DNA of 64,000 bases from Bosea sp. (in: a-proteobacteria) (GTDB lineage Bacteria; Pseudomonadota; Alphaproteobacteria; Rhizobiales; Beijerinckiaceae). The translations under genes were made by a program, and so were the position numbers. Positions 10,560 through 19,230 of the stretch are shown piece by piece. Position 1 is the stretch's first letter, and the number at the start of each line of letters is the position of its first letter. Under the pieces are notes generated by a model, which was given only the letters and a program-made list of their open reading frames with translations, was not told the origin of the DNA and searched no databases. The stretch lies in assembly GCF_048595345.1 (NCBI RefSeq), contig NZ_JBMDWH010000173.1, forward strand, positions 32,221-96,220, written 5' to 3'.

Positions 10560-11636
10560 TCAGTACACCAGTTCGTCCTCGGCGCCGCCCTTGGTGAGCG
10601 TGATCTCGCCCTTGTCGGCGAGCTCCTTGGTGAGTTGCACCAGCTGCGTCTGCGCCTCGTCGACGTCCTTCAGCCGCATGGGGCCAAGCGCCTCCATGTC
10701 GTCCTGCATGTTCTTGGCGGCGCGGGCCGACATGGCCCCGAAGAAAAAGTCGCGCATCGGCTGGCTGGCGCCTTTCAGCGCGCGGGCGAGCGCCGCCTTG
10801 TCCGCCTGGGCGACCAGTGTCTGCAAACCGGCCGGGTCGAGCTTGGCGAGATCCTCGAAGGTGAACATCAGAGCGCGGATGCGCTCGGCGGCCTCCTGGT
10901 TCGAGACATCCAGCGCGGAGAGGAAGCGCATCTCGGTCTGGCGGTCGAAGCCGTTGAAGATTTCCGCCATCATCTCGTGCGGATCGCGCCGGCGGGTCTG
11001 GGTCAGTGTCGAGACGAATTCGGTGCGCAGCGTGTTCTCGATATGGTCGAGCGCCTCCTTCTGCACCGATTCCAGCCGCAGCATCCGGCCCACCACCTCG
11101 ATCGAGAGATCTCCTGGCAGGTTGCGCAGCACGTTTGCCGCGTGCTCCGGCCTGATCTTCGAGAGGATCACCGCGATCGTCTGCGGATATTCGTTCTTGA
11201 GGAAGTTGGCGAGCACGACGGCGTCGATATTGCCGAGCTTCTGCCACATGTTGCGGCCGGCCGGGCCGCGGATTTCCTCCATGATCAGCGCGACCTGCTC
11301 GGTCGGCAGGATCTTCTCCAGCAGCGAGATGGTGCGGTCGAAGGAGCCGGTCACCGCGCCGGCGCTGGAGAGCTTGCCGACGAAATCCAGCATCAGCCGC
11401 TCGACCTCGTCGGCATTGACGGTGCCGAGCTCGGCCATCGAGCGGGTGATGATGCGGATCTCGTCGTCGTCGAACTGCTGCCAGATCGTGCGGCCATGGT
11501 CTTCGCCCAGCACCAGCAGAATGACGGCGGCCCGCTGCGGGCCGGTCATCTCCGCGAGGGTGGAGACGCCGATGCCACCGCCCTCGATCTCTCCGAGGTT
11601 CATATTGCCGGCGACGAGGGAACGGGCATCCGCCAT
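10560..11636 (-). CDS. fliG: flagellar motor switch protein FliG
   Basis: 358 aa with FliG motifs (GPQRAAVILLVLGEDHG, EDLAKLD, MSARAAKNMQDDMEALGPMRLKDVDEAQ). Confidence 0.95.
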   Translation of the reverse strand: MADARSLVAGNMNLGEIEGGGIGVSTLAEMTGPQRAAVILLVLGEDHGRTIWQQFDDDEIRIITRSMAELGTVNADEVERLMLDFVGKLSSAGAVTGSFDRTISLLEKILPTEQVALIMEEIRGPAGRNMWQKLGNIDAVVLANFLKNEYPQTIAVILSKIRPEHAANVLRNLPGDLSIEVVGRMLRLESVQKEALDHIENTLRTEFVSTLTQTRRRDPHEMMAEIFNGFDRQTEMRFLSALDVSNQEAAERIRALMFTFEDLAKLDPAGLQTLVAQADKAALARALKGASQPMRDFFFGAMSARAAKNMQDDMEALGPMRLKDVDEAQTQLVQLTKELADKGEITLTKGGAEDELVY

Positions 11637-11650
11637 GGGTCAGGCCTCCG

Positions 11651-13324
11651 TCACGCCGCCGCCCGTTCGTGGATCCAGCTGCGCAGCACCGCGACGGAAT
11701 CCGCCGGGTTCTGCGCCACGAGCGCGCCGATCTTCTCGACCGACTGCGCCTTGAGCTGGCCCTTGATCTGAGCGATCGCGAGCATTTTTTCCGAGGGCAT
11801 CTCGTAATCGGCCGCCGAGACCTCCGAAGCGGCGCTGCGGGGGAGCATGGCCGGATCGCCTGTGCCTTCCGGCACCGCGACGGCGCCGGTGCGCATGAAG
11901 CTCGGAATCGGGCGAACGGCGACACTGTTGTCGGCCGCCAGGATCTGCTTCAGCAGCGGGCGCACCACCGTCATGAGCACGATCAGGGTCAGCAGCGAGA
12001 TCACGGCCAGCTCGGCGAAGCGGACGATATCCTCCCGTGTGAAGGACATCAGCTGCTGCACCAGGCTCTGCTCGACCAGATCCTGCGGTGCGGCCGGCGC
12101 CTCCGCGAAGCGCAGATTGACGACCTCGACCTTGTCGCCCCGGCCCTGGTCGAAGCCGACGGCGGTGCGCACGAGTTCGCCGATCCGGTCGAGATCCTCG
12201 TTGCTGCGCGGCTGATACGTCGCCTCGCCATTGGCGCCGCGGGTGTAGACGCCATCGACCAGCACCGCGACCGACAGCTTCCTGACGCGGCCGCCCTCCT
12301 GCATCTCGGTGCGGATCGTCTTGGAGATCTCGTAATTCGCGACCTCCTCGTTCTTCTGCGAGTTTTCGCGCTGGCTCTGCGCGCCTTGCGTCTGCTGGGC
12401 GCCGGGCAGTTCGTTGCCGACGGTGACGGTGCCGTTGCCGCCATCGCTGGTGGTCGAGGCTTCCGTGCGGTTCTGGCTGGAGCGCAGCACGCGGCTTTCG
12501 GGATCGAAGCTTTCCGAGCGGCTCTCCACCCGGTTGGTGTCGAGCGCCGCCGAGACCTGCACCCGCGCCCGGCCATAGCCGACGACGCTGGCCACGATAT
12601 CCTCGACCTGCGACTTCAGCCGCTTCTCGATCGCCGTCTGCCGTTCCTCGACGCCGAGCCCGGCGAGGCCGCCATCGCTCTGCGCGCCATCGGCGAGCAG
12701 CCGGCCGCGCTCGTCGACGATCGAGACCCGCTCCGGCTTGAGCCCGTCGACCGCCGAGGCCACGAGATGACGCACCGCGCGCACCTGCGCGGCATCGAGC
12801 TCGCCGGCGAGCTTGAGCGCGATCGAGGCCCGCGGCGGCTCGCGGTCGCGCTCGAACAGGCGCCGCTCGGGAATGACGAGATGCACCCGCGCCGCCTGAA
12901 CACGGCCGATCGAGCGGATGGTGCGGGAGAGCTCCCCTTCCAGGGCCCGCAGATGATTGATGTTCTGGACGAAGCTCGTCGAGGAGAAGGCATCGCCCTT
13001 GTCGAAGATCTCGTAGCCCACGCCGCCGCCGGCCGGGATGCCCTTGCCCGCGAGGTCCATGCGCAGGCGGGCGACGTCGGTCTTCGGAACGAGGATGGTC
13101 TGCCCGTCGCCGCGAAGCTCGTATTTGATGCCGCGTGTATCGAGGTCCTTGACGATGGCGCTGACGTCCTGACTCGACAGGTCGGCGAACAGCACGGTCA
13201 AGGCCGGCTGCGACATGCGCATCATCACGAAGGCGAAGAAGCCCACGAGCACGAGCGTGACAGCCAGCATGGCTGCCAGCCGCGCCGCGCCGAACCTCGC
13301 AAACTGCTCGAGAACCGCGTTCAC
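11651..13324 (-). CDS. fliF: flagellar MS-ring protein FliF
   Basis: 557 aa with an N-terminal TM segment, a YscJ/FliF domain (LFADLSSQDVSAIVKDLDTRGIKYEL) and a C-terminal TM segment. Confidence 0.95.
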   Translation of the reverse strand: MNAVLEQFARFGAARLAAMLAVTLVLVGFFAFVMMRMSQPALTVLFADLSSQDVSAIVKDLDTRGIKYELRGDGQTILVPKTDVARLRMDLAGKGIPAGGGVGYEIFDKGDAFSSTSFVQNINHLRALEGELSRTIRSIGRVQAARVHLVIPERRLFERDREPPRASIALKLAGELDAAQVRAVRHLVASAVDGLKPERVSIVDERGRLLADGAQSDGGLAGLGVEERQTAIEKRLKSQVEDIVASVVGYGRARVQVSAALDTNRVESRSESFDPESRVLRSSQNRTEASTTSDGGNGTVTVGNELPGAQQTQGAQSQRENSQKNEEVANYEISKTIRTEMQEGGRVRKLSVAVLVDGVYTRGANGEATYQPRSNEDLDRIGELVRTAVGFDQGRGDKVEVVNLRFAEAPAAPQDLVEQSLVQQLMSFTREDIVRFAELAVISLLTLIVLMTVVRPLLKQILAADNSVAVRPIPSFMRTGAVAVPEGTGDPAMLPRSAASEVSAADYEMPSEKMLAIAQIKGQLKAQSVEKIGALVAQNPADSVAVLRSWIHERAAA

Positions 13325-13397
13325 GCCGCCATCCGTTCCACAAGACCGTGGCCACCGCGCGCCTGGCGCGATCCACTAGGCAAGTTTTTCCCGGTGC

Positions 13398-13416
13398 ATG
13401 GTTAGCGGTCGGTTAA
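13398..13416 (-). promoter_or_regulatory. CtrA-type box upstream of fliF (TTAACCGACCGCTAACCAT on the minus strand)
   Basis: TTAA-N7-CTAA followed by CCAT, ending 74 nt upstream of the fliF ATG. The flhA box has the same spacing and 14/19 identical positions. Confidence 0.5.
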
Positions 13417-13470
13417 TTTTTCCGGCCGCGGCGTTAACTTTCCTGTTCGAGGGTCGGTTCAGACGCGAAA

Positions 13471-13527
13471 GGCGCCGGTCCCGAGGAACCGGCGCCTGCC
13501 AAAAAATCCGCCTGCAGAAGCCGGATT
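13471..13527 (-). terminator. tandem stem-loops downstream of sciP
   Basis: On the minus strand, ATCCG-11 nt-CGGAT followed by TTTTTT overlaps the sciP stop. It is followed by a perfect 9-bp stem, GGCGCCGGT-8 nt-ACCGGCGCC, then TTT. Confidence 0.45.
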
Positions 13528-13801
13528 ACTGCCGGTAATGCTGGATGCGGGTGGTGCGCAGGCCGGCGAGGCCGTGCTGGTCGATGGACATCTGCCAGCT
13601 GAGGAACTCGTCCACGGTCAGGGTGTAACGCTGGCAGGCTTCTTCCAGGCTGAGCAGGCCGCCGCGCACGGCGGCGACGACCTCGGCCTTGCGCCGGATG
13701 ACCCAACGCCTGGTGTTCATCGGGGGCAGGTCCGCGATCGTCAGCGGACTGCCGTCCGGCCCGATCACGTACTTTACCCGCGGTCGCATTGGCTCGGTCA
13801 T
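13526..13801 (-). CDS. sciP: DUF1153 helix-turn-helix protein, SciP-like CtrA inhibitor
   Basis: MTEPMRPRVKYVIGPDGSPLTIADLPPMNTRRWVIRRKAEVVAAVRGGLLSLEEACQRYTLTVDEFLSWQ... matches DUF1153. It sits between the hook genes and fliF, as sciP does in Caulobacter. Start moved to 13801 because a promoter-like box overlaps the longer ORF. Confidence 0.7.
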   Translation of the reverse strand: MTEPMRPRVKYVIGPDGSPLTIADLPPMNTRRWVIRRKAEVVAAVRGGLLSLEEACQRYTLTVDEFLSWQMSIDQHGLAGLRTTRIQHYRQ

Positions 13802-13855
13802 GATACTCTCACACAACTCAACAGAGCTACTGGAGGGGAGCGTATCCATGCGGTT

Positions 13856-13870
13856 TTAAGATTTGCCTAA
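13856..13870 (-). promoter_or_regulatory. weaker CtrA-like box upstream of sciP (TTAG-N7-TTAA on the minus strand)
   Basis: Minus strand reads TTAGGCAAATCTTAA, about 55 nt upstream of the 13801 ATG. Confidence 0.3.
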
Positions 13871-13908
13871 AGCGATGGATCGTGATCGCGCAGAGTGATT
13901 CGCGGGCC

Positions 13909-14604
13909 TCACTGGCTGCGCACCACGCTCTTGACCTTGTCGATCGCCACGCCGATCGAACCGATCTTGAGGGTCGGGACGGAGCTGGTGAAGTCCACGC
14001 CGTCCACCGTGCCGCTGATCTGCGTCTTCACCGTCAGCGCATCGCCGGCCAGGCTCTTGCCGTCTACGGTGATCGTATAGGCCCCGGCCGGCGCCTGCGT
14101 CCCGACCGAGGTCGTGCCGTCCCAGCTCAGCGACTGGTCGCCCGCGGTGAGGCTGCGCGTCATCGTCTGCACGACGTTGCCATTGGCGTCCTTGATCGTC
14201 ACGGTCGCCTGGCCGCCGGCGGAGGAATTGACCTTCCAGGCCGCCTTGCCATCCGTCAGCTGAGCCGTCGCGCCATCGGCCGTGATCGTCGAGCCGATGA
14301 AGCCGACCGCGTTGGTCGCCGTGCCGGCCGCGTTCAGGCTCAGCAGCGAGCTCAACGTGTCGTTGGTCTTCAGCTGCTGTTCCACCCCGGCGAACTGCAC
14401 CAGCTGCTGGGTGAACTGGTTGGTGTCCATCGGATCGAGCGGGGACTGGTTCTTCAGCTGCGTCGTCAGCAGGGTGAGGAACTGATCGAAATTATTGGCG
14501 ATACCGGTCGCGCTGCTGGACGTGCCGGACTTCGCCGTACTGCTGGCACTGCTGCCGGAGGCTGTTCCCGAGGAGGACGTGCCGCCGCTGGTGACGATGG
14601 ACAT
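13909..14604 (-). CDS. flgD: flagellar hook capping/assembly protein FlgD
   Basis: Ser/Thr-rich N-terminus followed by the FlgD signature FLTLLTTQLKNQSPLDPMDTNQFTQQLVQFAGVEQ. Confidence 0.9.
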   Translation of the reverse strand: MSIVTSGGTSSSGTASGSSASSTAKSGTSSSATGIANNFDQFLTLLTTQLKNQSPLDPMDTNQFTQQLVQFAGVEQQLKTNDTLSSLLSLNAAGTATNAVGFIGSTITADGATAQLTDGKAAWKVNSSAGGQATVTIKDANGNVVQTMTRSLTAGDQSLSWDGTTSVGTQAPAGAYTITVDGKSLAGDALTVKTQISGTVDGVDFTSSVPTLKIGSIGVAIDKVKSVVRSQ

Positions 14605-14617
14605 GGGGCGATCCTCC

Positions 14618-16222
14618 TCAGATGCTCAGATCGACGCCGCCGAGGCGCATGATCCGGCGTTGGGGCTGCGCGGCGGTCGCCGCAATGGTTCCGACATCGT
14701 CCACTTCGTCACCGGCGCGGCCGCGGCGCTGGCGCTGCGGGGCCTCGTCCTGCGGGCGCTGCTGGCGGAAGGCCTGGCCGCTATCGTCGCGCAGGCTGAT
14801 ATCGACGCCGCTATCGGAGGGCTTCAGGCCCGCCTGCTCGAAGGCGCGCTCGAGCGTGCGTGCATCGCGCTGGAGCAGATGGAGGGTCTCGACGCGGTCG
14901 ACCACGAGCTTGGCATGGACCTCGCCCTTGTCGGAGATCGAGAGATTGACGTCGATCCGACCGAGCTCCGCCGGATCGAGCCGGATGTCGAAGCGCTTGG
15001 CGCCGGCCAGCGCGCGCATGCCGATCTCGATCGGCACGACATGCAGCGGCGTCGGCGCGCCCGCCCCGGCCTGCGCCTGCTGCAACTGAGCGGCCGCCGC
15101 CGCAGGATCCTGAACGGCGGGAGCGGCCTGCGGATGCCCTTGCGCCTTGCCTGCCGCATGGGCCGTCAGCCCGGAGAGATCGATCGGCGCGAGGATCTGC
15201 TGAAGCGTCTCCGACCGCGCCGCCGCTTCGGCGGCCGGCTGCGGTGTGGCAGAGGTGGCGGCCGGATCGGCTGGCGCCGTAACCTTCCCATCCGCCGGGA
15301 CCTTGCCGTCGGCCGAGGCCTTGCCCTCCGCCGAGACCTTGCCGCCCAGCGCGGCCTCGATAACCGCAGCAGCATTTGCGCCGGTGGTGGCCTGACCGCC
15401 ATCGCCTGGACCGGCCCCGGCATTGCCGCCGATCGGTGCAGCCACGGCATTGGCCGGGCCGGCGGCGCCGGATGCGGGCTGGCCCTTGGCCGCGACCGCC
15501 GCGGTGGCCGATGCGTTCGGCTGCGAGGCCGGCGCCGCAGCGGGCGTCGTGGCGGCTGCGGTCATCAGCGCGAGCAGGCCGGCATCGCCAGGAGCGAGCT
15601 GCGCCTGCTGCGTCACGCCGGCGGACGCTTCGGCTGCGGCTTCCGTCTCCTCGCCCGACTTCTTCTTGCCGGGCGTCAGAAGGGTGCTTTCAGCCTCCTG
15701 AGCCACCGCGGCCATGGCCGGGTTCGTCACGGCCTTGGCCGGATCGGCGGCGGGACTCGCAGGGGCCGGTGTCTGGGCGGCCTGCGTCTCGGCCGCCTGA
15801 TCCTGCGCGGCGACGATCAGGCTCGCCAGAGTGCCGATATCGTTGATCGGGAGAGCGGCCTTGCCATTGGCGGCGTCGGGCTGCCGCACGACCGCAGCGG
15901 CCGGCTTCGCTTCGGTCCCCTCGGCGGGAGCGGGCTTGGCGGTCGCAGAGTCGCCGGCGTTCGCGGCCTGGGACGGCGCCTTGCCATCCTCCGCCTTATG
16001 GTCGTGACGCGGCGGGGCATCAGGTTTCGCGGCCGGATCGGCAGCGCGGCGGGGGCTGTCCTGTGCGGGTGCGGGCTTGTCGTCCCGCCGCTCGGGCAGG
16101 GTGAATTCCGCCGACCCGTCCCTGGCATCCGAGGCGCGGGGGCGCTGCGGAGCCGGCTCCGGCAGAACAGGGGGCGAGAAAACGGGATCGATGGCCATGG
16201 TCGGGTCCGTATGGCGGCGCAT
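14618..16222 (-). CDS. fliK: flagellar hook-length control protein FliK
   Basis: 534 aa, Ala/Pro-rich and largely disordered. The C-terminal FliK domain reads RFDIRLDPAELGRIDVNLSISDKGEVHAKLVVDRVETLHLLQRDARTLERAFEQAGL. An alternative start at 16198 (MAIDPVF) is possible. Confidence 0.8.
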   Translation of the reverse strand: MRRHTDPTMAIDPVFSPPVLPEPAPQRPRASDARDGSAEFTLPERRDDKPAPAQDSPRRAADPAAKPDAPPRHDHKAEDGKAPSQAANAGDSATAKPAPAEGTEAKPAAAVVRQPDAANGKAALPINDIGTLASLIVAAQDQAAETQAAQTPAPASPAADPAKAVTNPAMAAVAQEAESTLLTPGKKKSGEETEAAAEASAGVTQQAQLAPGDAGLLALMTAAATTPAAAPASQPNASATAAVAAKGQPASGAAGPANAVAAPIGGNAGAGPGDGGQATTGANAAAVIEAALGGKVSAEGKASADGKVPADGKVTAPADPAATSATPQPAAEAAARSETLQQILAPIDLSGLTAHAAGKAQGHPQAAPAVQDPAAAAAQLQQAQAGAGAPTPLHVVPIEIGMRALAGAKRFDIRLDPAELGRIDVNLSISDKGEVHAKLVVDRVETLHLLQRDARTLERAFEQAGLKPSDSGVDISLRDDSGQAFRQQRPQDEAPQRQRRGRAGDEVDDVGTIAATAAQPQRRIMRLGGVDLSI

Positions 16223-16242
16223 GAGCCGCCCACCGCCCGCGC

Positions 16243-16258
16243 AGCAAGACGCAAGCCA
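16243..16258 (-). promoter_or_regulatory. sigma-54 (-24/-12) promoter candidate for fliK-flgD
   Basis: Minus strand TGGCTT-GCGTC-TTGCT fits TGGCAC-N5-TTGCW with the invariant GG and GC spaced correctly. The FlbD activator is encoded nearby. Confidence 0.5.
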
Positions 16259-16343
16259 GAGGCGACATCGTTTGATATCAGTAACTTGGACGCAACAGCG
16301 CCCTGCGCTCCGCGGCAGGAAGCGCCCTCATCCGACCCGCCCC

Positions 16344-16358
16344 CGGCAGGATTTGCCG
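16344..16358. promoter_or_regulatory. inverted repeat CGGCA-N5-TGCCG about 100 nt upstream of the sigma-54 element (candidate enhancer site)
   Basis: Perfect 5-bp arms. A related half (CGGCAGGAAGCGCC) lies about 30 nt further upstream. The region is also the mnmA upstream region. Confidence 0.25.
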
Positions 16359-16446
16359 ATCATGCTGGCAGCTTCGCGCCAAAGCCGGTATAGAAGCGGC
16401 CTTCGGCGCCCTTCGAGCCCGCACTGTCCTTAAACCCGCTTTTCGG

Positions 16447-17634
16447 ATGACGACCATTCTCAATTCCCTCGACATCGCCAAGCCGCCGGCGGCCACGCGC
16501 GTCGTCGCGGCGATGTCGGGCGGCGTCGATTCCTCCGTGGTGGCCGCGCTGCTGAAGCGCGAGGGCTACGACGTGATCGGGGTCACCCTGCAGCTTTACG
16601 ATCACGGGGCGGCGGTCCACCGGGCCGGCGCCTGCTGCGCGGGGCAGGACATCCACGACGCCCGCCGGGTCGCGGAGACCATCGGCATCCCGCATTATGT
16701 CCTCGACTACGAAAGCCGCTTCCGCGACGCGGTGATCGAGCGCTTCGCCGAGAGCTATCTGGCCGGCGAGACGCCGATTCCCTGCGTCGAGTGCAATCGC
16801 ACCGTGAAGTTCCGCGACCTGCTGGACCTCGCCCGGGAGCTGGGCGCCGATGCGCTCGCCACAGGCCACTACGTGCTCAGCCGCGATCTCGGCAGCGGGC
16901 ATCGCGGGCTGTTCCGCGCCGCGGACGCCAACCGCGACCAGAGCTACTTCCTCTATGCGACGACGCAGGAGCAGCTCGATCTGCTGCGTTTCCCGCTCGG
17001 GCATATCGACAAGGCGCGGACCCGCGCTCTGGCGGCCGAACTCGGCCTCGCCATCGCCGACAAGCCCGACAGCCAGGATATCTGCTTCGTGCCGAACGGC
17101 CGCTATGCCGACGTCATCGAGCGGCTGAAGCCCGGCGCGTCCCGCCCTGGCGAGATCGTGCATCTCGACGGCCGGGTGCTGGGCCGGCACGAGGGCGTGC
17201 TTCACTACACGGTGGGCCAGCGCAAGGGCCTTGGCATCAGCTCCGGCGAACCGCTCTATGTGCTGCGGCTGGATGCCGATGGCGCGCGGGTGATCGTGGG
17301 CCCGCGCGAAGCGCTCAGCATCCGGGAAATCCGGCTGCGCGACATCAACTGGCTCGGCGAGACCGGGCTGGACCGGCTGCCGCCCGAGGGGCTCGAGGTC
17401 GCCGTACGCGTGCGCTCCACCCGCCCGCCCCGCCCCGCCCGCCTGCTGCGCGACCCCGAAGGCCTGCGCATCGAGCTCGCGGCCGACGAGGAAGGTGTTT
17501 CGCCCGGACAGGCCTGCGTGATCTATGCCGATGCCGGTCCGGGCGCGCGCGTCCTCGGCGGCGGCACCATCCTGCGCCGTCCTGCGGAACCTGCCGGGGC
17601 GCCCGCCTCCCCTGTCGCCCTCGCCCTGTCCTGA
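16447..17634 (+). CDS. mnmA: tRNA 2-thiouridine(34) synthase MnmA
   Basis: PP-loop SGGVDSSV, followed by [26 protein letters not shown] and DSQDICF. Confidence 0.95.
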   Translation: MTTILNSLDIAKPPAATRVVAAMSGGVDSSVVAALLKREGYDVIGVTLQLYDHGAAVHRAGACCAGQDIHDARRVAETIGIPHYVLDYESRFRDAVIERFAESYLAGETPIPCVECNRTVKFRDLLDLARELGADALATGHYVLSRDLGSGHRGLFRAADANRDQSYFLYATTQEQLDLLRFPLGHIDKARTRALAAELGLAIADKPDSQDICFVPNGRYADVIERLKPGASRPGEIVHLDGRVLGRHEGVLHYTVGQRKGLGISSGEPLYVLRLDADGARVIVGPREALSIREIRLRDINWLGETGLDRLPPEGLEVAVRVRSTRPPRPARLLRDPEGLRIELAADEEGVSPGQACVIYADAGPGARVLGGGTILRRPAEPAGAPASPVALALS

Positions 17635-17673
17635 CGGCGACCTGCTGCGCCTTGCCCTGAAGCGGATCTGCCG

Positions 17674-18315
17674 ATGCCGGTGACCTATGACCTCGATGGC
17701 CAGAAGCGCGTCTACGCGACCTGGGCGAAGTTCTACGACCGCATCTATCAGCGCATGCTGGCCCGCCCGCAGCGGGAGGCCGTCGCTGCCGCTTGCGCCT
17801 GCGGACCGGACATCCTCGAAATCGGCGTCGGCACTGGGCTGACACTGCCCTATTTCGACCCCGCCAGCCGCGTCGTCGGCGCCGATCTCTCGCTCGACAT
17901 GCTGCGCGTCGCGCAGCGCAAGGTCACGGCGCAGAACCTCGCCCATGTTCGCGGCCTGACCGTGATGGATGCCTGTCGCCTCGGCTTCTCTTCCGAGCGC
18001 TTCGACGCCGTGACGGCGCAGTTCGTCATCACCCTCGTCCCCCAGCCCGAGCAGGCGCTGGCGGAGATGGACCGAGTGCTGAAGCCGGGTGGCGAGATCG
18101 TCATCTCCAGCCGGCTGGTCGACGATGGCGGGTTGCTCGCGCCGTTCTGGGCAGCCGTGGCGCCGCTGGCCAAGGCCGTGGGCTGGAGCAGCGACTTCAA
18201 GGTCAGCCGCCTGACGAACTGGGCCTCGGCGACCGGCCGCTACGAGACGGTCCATGTCGGTCGGGGCTATTTCAAGGTCGTGCGGCTGCGCAAGCTCGCC
18301 TCGCTCGCATCCTGA
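17674..18315 (+). CDS. class I SAM-dependent methyltransferase (phospholipid N-methyltransferase PmtA-like)
   Basis: SAM motif I ILEIGVGTGL, with GADLS and LKPGGEIV. The ~210-aa size fits PmtA-type enzymes, but the substrate cannot be inferred. Confidence 0.65.
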   Translation: MPVTYDLDGQKRVYATWAKFYDRIYQRMLARPQREAVAAACACGPDILEIGVGTGLTLPYFDPASRVVGADLSLDMLRVAQRKVTAQNLAHVRGLTVMDACRLGFSSERFDAVTAQFVITLVPQPEQALAEMDRVLKPGGEIVISSRLVDDGGLLAPFWAAVAPLAKAVGWSSDFKVSRLTNWASATGRYETVHVGRGYFKVVRLRKLASLAS

Positions 18316-18409
18316 GCCGGGAATATTCGCAAGCCGAGGCTTGACGAGCCCGGCGGGCCCCGCCTATACCGCGCCCCTGTGACGGGCGCCCTCGGCGTGC
18401 GGCGCATGT

Positions 18410-18486
18410 GGCGGGGTAGCTCAGCTGGTTAGAGCAGCGGAATCATAATCCGCGTGTCGGGGGTTCGAGTCCCTCCCTCGCTACCA
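18410..18486 (+). tRNA. tRNA with CAT anticodon (elongator Met; Ile2/lysidine type not excluded)
   Basis: A 77-nt cloverleaf folded by hand: acceptor GGCGGGG/CCTCGCT, D arm GCTC/GAGC, anticodon stem GCGGA/TCCGC with loop ATCATAA, T arm GGGGG-TTCGAGT-CCCTC, and an encoded ACCA end. It lacks the three G-C pairs of initiator tRNA. Confidence 0.9.
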
Positions 18487-18610
18487 CATTCTCTCTCCTT
18501 CGATCGTGTTCGGTTCCCGGCGGCTCTCGGGCTGCAAGGCGTTCGATTGGCGCCAGCCGAGTCGCTCCGCAACCCTCACCTTCACGCGCAGCCCGGATAT
18601 CGCAGCCCGC

Positions 18611-18638
18611 TGAACCGTTGGGCCTCGGGGGCCGTATC
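18611..18638 (+). promoter_or_regulatory. ECF-type promoter candidate TGAACC-N17-GTATC upstream of the DUF2177 gene
   Basis: The same GA(A/T)CC-N17-GTAT pattern occurs upstream of rpoE and of the FAD-oxidoreductase operon. It ends 27 nt before the ATG. Confidence 0.45.
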
Positions 18639-18665
18639 CAGTGGCATCCGCTTCTGGAGGTCGTC

Positions 18666-19079
18666 ATGCGCTTCGCCGCGAGCTACATCGCCTTTCTCAT
18701 CGCCTTCGGCATCTGCGATGCCCTTTGGCTCGGCACGATGACCGCAAGGCTGTATCGGCCGGCGCTGGGCGATCTCATCGTCGAGCCGATCCGCTATGTG
18801 CCGGCGGCCATCTTCTATTTCGGCTTCCCGCTGGGCGTGCTGCATTTCGCGGTGATGCCGGCCCTGCGCAGCGGCGTCGGCAGCGAGGCCCTGATCAACG
18901 GCGCGCTGATCGGCATGCTCGCCTATGCCACCTACGACCTCACCAACTATGCCACGCTGCGCCCCTGGACCTTGACGATCACCATGGCGGATATCGTCTA
19001 CGGCACCGTCGCCGTCGGCCTTTGCAGCTGGATTTCATACGAGGTGGTGCGCCGCGGCTCGGCGATGGGTTGGTTCTGA
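18666..19079 (+). CDS. DUF2177 membrane protein
   Basis: GGAGG lies 5 nt before the ATG. The protein MRFAASYIAFLIAFGICDALWLG ... YATYDLTNYATLRPW has four TM segments. Confidence 0.8.
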   Translation: MRFAASYIAFLIAFGICDALWLGTMTARLYRPALGDLIVEPIRYVPAAIFYFGFPLGVLHFAVMPALRSGVGSEALINGALIGMLAYATYDLTNYATLRPWTLTITMADIVYGTVAVGLCSWISYEVVRRGSAMGWF

Positions 19080-19106
19080 GCGTCCTCCTTCGACCTCGTC
19101 CATGAT

Positions 19107-19143
19107 AAAAACCCCGGATGCCGTCGGCCATCCGGGGTTTTTT
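19107..19143. terminator. bidirectional rho-independent terminator
   Basis: AAAAA-CCCCGGATG-8 nt-CATCCGGGG-TTTTTT, lying between convergent genes. Confidence 0.8.
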
Positions 19144-19230
19144 ACAGGAGAAGGCCAGCGCCTGGGTTCTGCATCGGCATGGCCGAACGCTGTCGCGAGA
19201 AGGAGCGCGGCAGCTAGCGCGCTGCTCCGG

